DNA of 64,000 nt from Fimbriimonadaceae bacterium (GTDB lineage: Bacteria > Armatimonadota > Fimbriimonadia > Fimbriimonadales > Fimbriimonadaceae). A program made the translations under genes and the position numbers. The stretch lies in NCBI GenBank assembly GCA_025455775.1, contig JALOLT010000001.1, forward strand, positions 4,444-68,443, read 5' to 3'. Below, one piece after another: positions 62,953 to 64,000 of this stretch. The notes below the pieces were generated by a model. It was not told the origin of the DNA, searched no databases, and saw nothing but the letters and a program-made list of their open reading frames with translations. The first letter of the stretch is position 1, and each line of letters begins with the position of its first letter.

Positions 62953-63986
62953 CTGAGTTTGAGTCGGAAGGCGACGGCGTTCGGCTTATAAAAGGGTCGT
63001 GTTGGGTCAGCCGGAGGATTGTAGTTACCACTCGTCAGGATCCAGCCCCCCAATCCATCCGAATCCATCCACTTCAAGGGGAGTCTAGGGCAATAAGGGG
63101 CGACTTCACGAGCGAGCCACTCCCGATCGTATTGCACAAAGTTGAAGGGTCCCCAGGGAAACTCCGACTCATAGACGATCAAGTCCCCGCCCCAGACTGT
63201 ATCGAACTCTACGGGAAAGGCCCAAGTCAGGAGCAAGTACCTTTGGATCGCTGGCAAATAAACCATCTCTGGCAATCCCAGACAGTTTGGCAAGCTCAGA
63301 ATCGGAACAGCTGCATGGAGCCAAGGCTCCCAGAGAGGCTGGCCGTTTGGTTGATAGCCAGTAAAGAACGACCAAGATTTGATATCCAAGATCGACTCTG
63401 CCGGGGCCCGCCCAAGTCTAAGATGGCAGCCATTATCCCACTGATCCCCCGAGATGGCGTAGACGAAACCGTCTTTGATGTTTTCGTCCCCTTTCCCATA
63501 CTGGATAAAGCTCGGGCCACCAAAACGAGAGCCAGGGAAGTGAGGCTTGGCAGGTAGGTCTGACCAGGTGATCCCTCCATCTTTAGAGGAAATCAAACTG
63601 GCATCACTTCCGTGTTGACAGTCGCGACCCCAGGCGGGAGGCTGATAGCCCAGAGTGTTTTGAACCGCCAGGATCAGCTGTCCCCCCAGGGCCAGAATGC
63701 CGGATGGCTTTGCCCCCTGACCTCCTGAGCCAATGAGGTGAGGCATGGGGTTGATTTGTTCAATCGTTGCGTTCGGAGGGAGTCCGTGCAAGATCGAAAC
63801 GTCCAACCCGTCATAAGAGGGGCCGTAGTTCGGATCACCTGCCGAAGTGAACAGAGTGTCGTCTGGTGCCCAACTTGTAGGGTAAGTGTCCCCCATGATT
63901 CCTGGATCGTCCAGTGTCCAGAGGTCGCTGGTCCACTCGATCGAATGGATGATGGGGCTCGGTTTGCCAGGGAAGGGAAGTGCCAT
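62949..63986 (-). CDS. BNR/Asp-box beta-propeller-like protein (sialidase fold?)
   Basis: 345 aa with one clear Asp-box, SKDGGITW. ATGA overlap with the downstream gene. Function is tentative. Confidence 0.5.
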   Translation of the reverse strand: MALPFPGKPSPIIHSIEWTSDLWTLDDPGIMGDTYPTSWAPDDTLFTSAGDPNYGPSYDGLDVSILHGLPPNATIEQINPMPHLIGSGGQGAKPSGILALGGQLILAVQNTLGYQPPAWGRDCQHGSDASLISSKDGGITWSDLPAKPHFPGSRFGGPSFIQYGKGDENIKDGFVYAISGDQWDNGCHLRLGRAPAESILDIKSWSFFTGYQPNGQPLWEPWLHAAVPILSLPNCLGLPEMVYLPAIQRYLLLTWAFPVEFDTVWGGDLIVYESEFPWGPFNFVQYDREWLAREVAPYCPRLPLKWMDSDGLGGWILTSGNYNPPADPTRPFYKPNAVAFRLKLR

Positions 63987-64000
63987 GATCTCTTGCCTCT

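Overview
The window reads as ordinary chromosome from a moderately GC-rich bacterium, densely coded, with many 4-nt ATGA start/stop overlaps. PEP-CTERM proteins, DUF1559-type and other pseudopilins and many glycan-degrading genes fit Armatimonadota or the PVC group (Planctomycetota/Verrucomicrobiota), but this is only an inference.

Gene content, left to right:
- A DUF554 membrane gene cut by the window edge, tRNA-Leu(CAA), and small secreted or membrane ORFs.
- A beta-lactamase-family serine hydrolase and the pyrR-pyrB-pyrC operon.
- A lipoprotein, a small Lys/Ala/Pro-rich basic protein and a beta-helix protein.
- A six-gene minus-strand pseudopilin cluster; one pseudopilin ends in a 39-proline tail.
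- ppa, an OmpA-like gene, a ROK kinase, ftsK, rmuC, a prpB-like gene and pulA.
- A plus-strand island bounded by a promoter and a terminator. It encodes an E1-like (ThiF/MoeB) adenylyltransferase with an extra N-terminal domain and unknown partners.
- A GH, lipoprotein, DUF1559, LacI and PEP-CTERM block.
- A roughly 26-kb glycan-utilisation locus at 37.6-64.0 kb. It holds an SGNH esterase, a beta-helix protein, a GH63-like enzyme, a fused solute-binding-protein/permease, a second permease, an AraR-type regulator, a nine-gene translationally coupled sugar-catabolic operon ending in eda, and GH2, GH95-like and BNR-propeller genes.

No rRNA, CRISPR array, transposase or prophage genes were seen.

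Observations most worth a second look:
1. The orphan E1-like island.
2. A family of six GC-rich intergenic hairpin repeats that share a GCCACGCCC module while their outer arms differ between copies but stay self-complementary.
3. The polyproline-tailed pseudopilin.
4. The SBP-permease fusion, together with two AT-rich palindromic operator candidates.

All calls were made by eye from the sequence and the ORF track. Hand-placed coordinates may be off by 1-2 nt, and family assignments rest on remembered motifs, not on searches.
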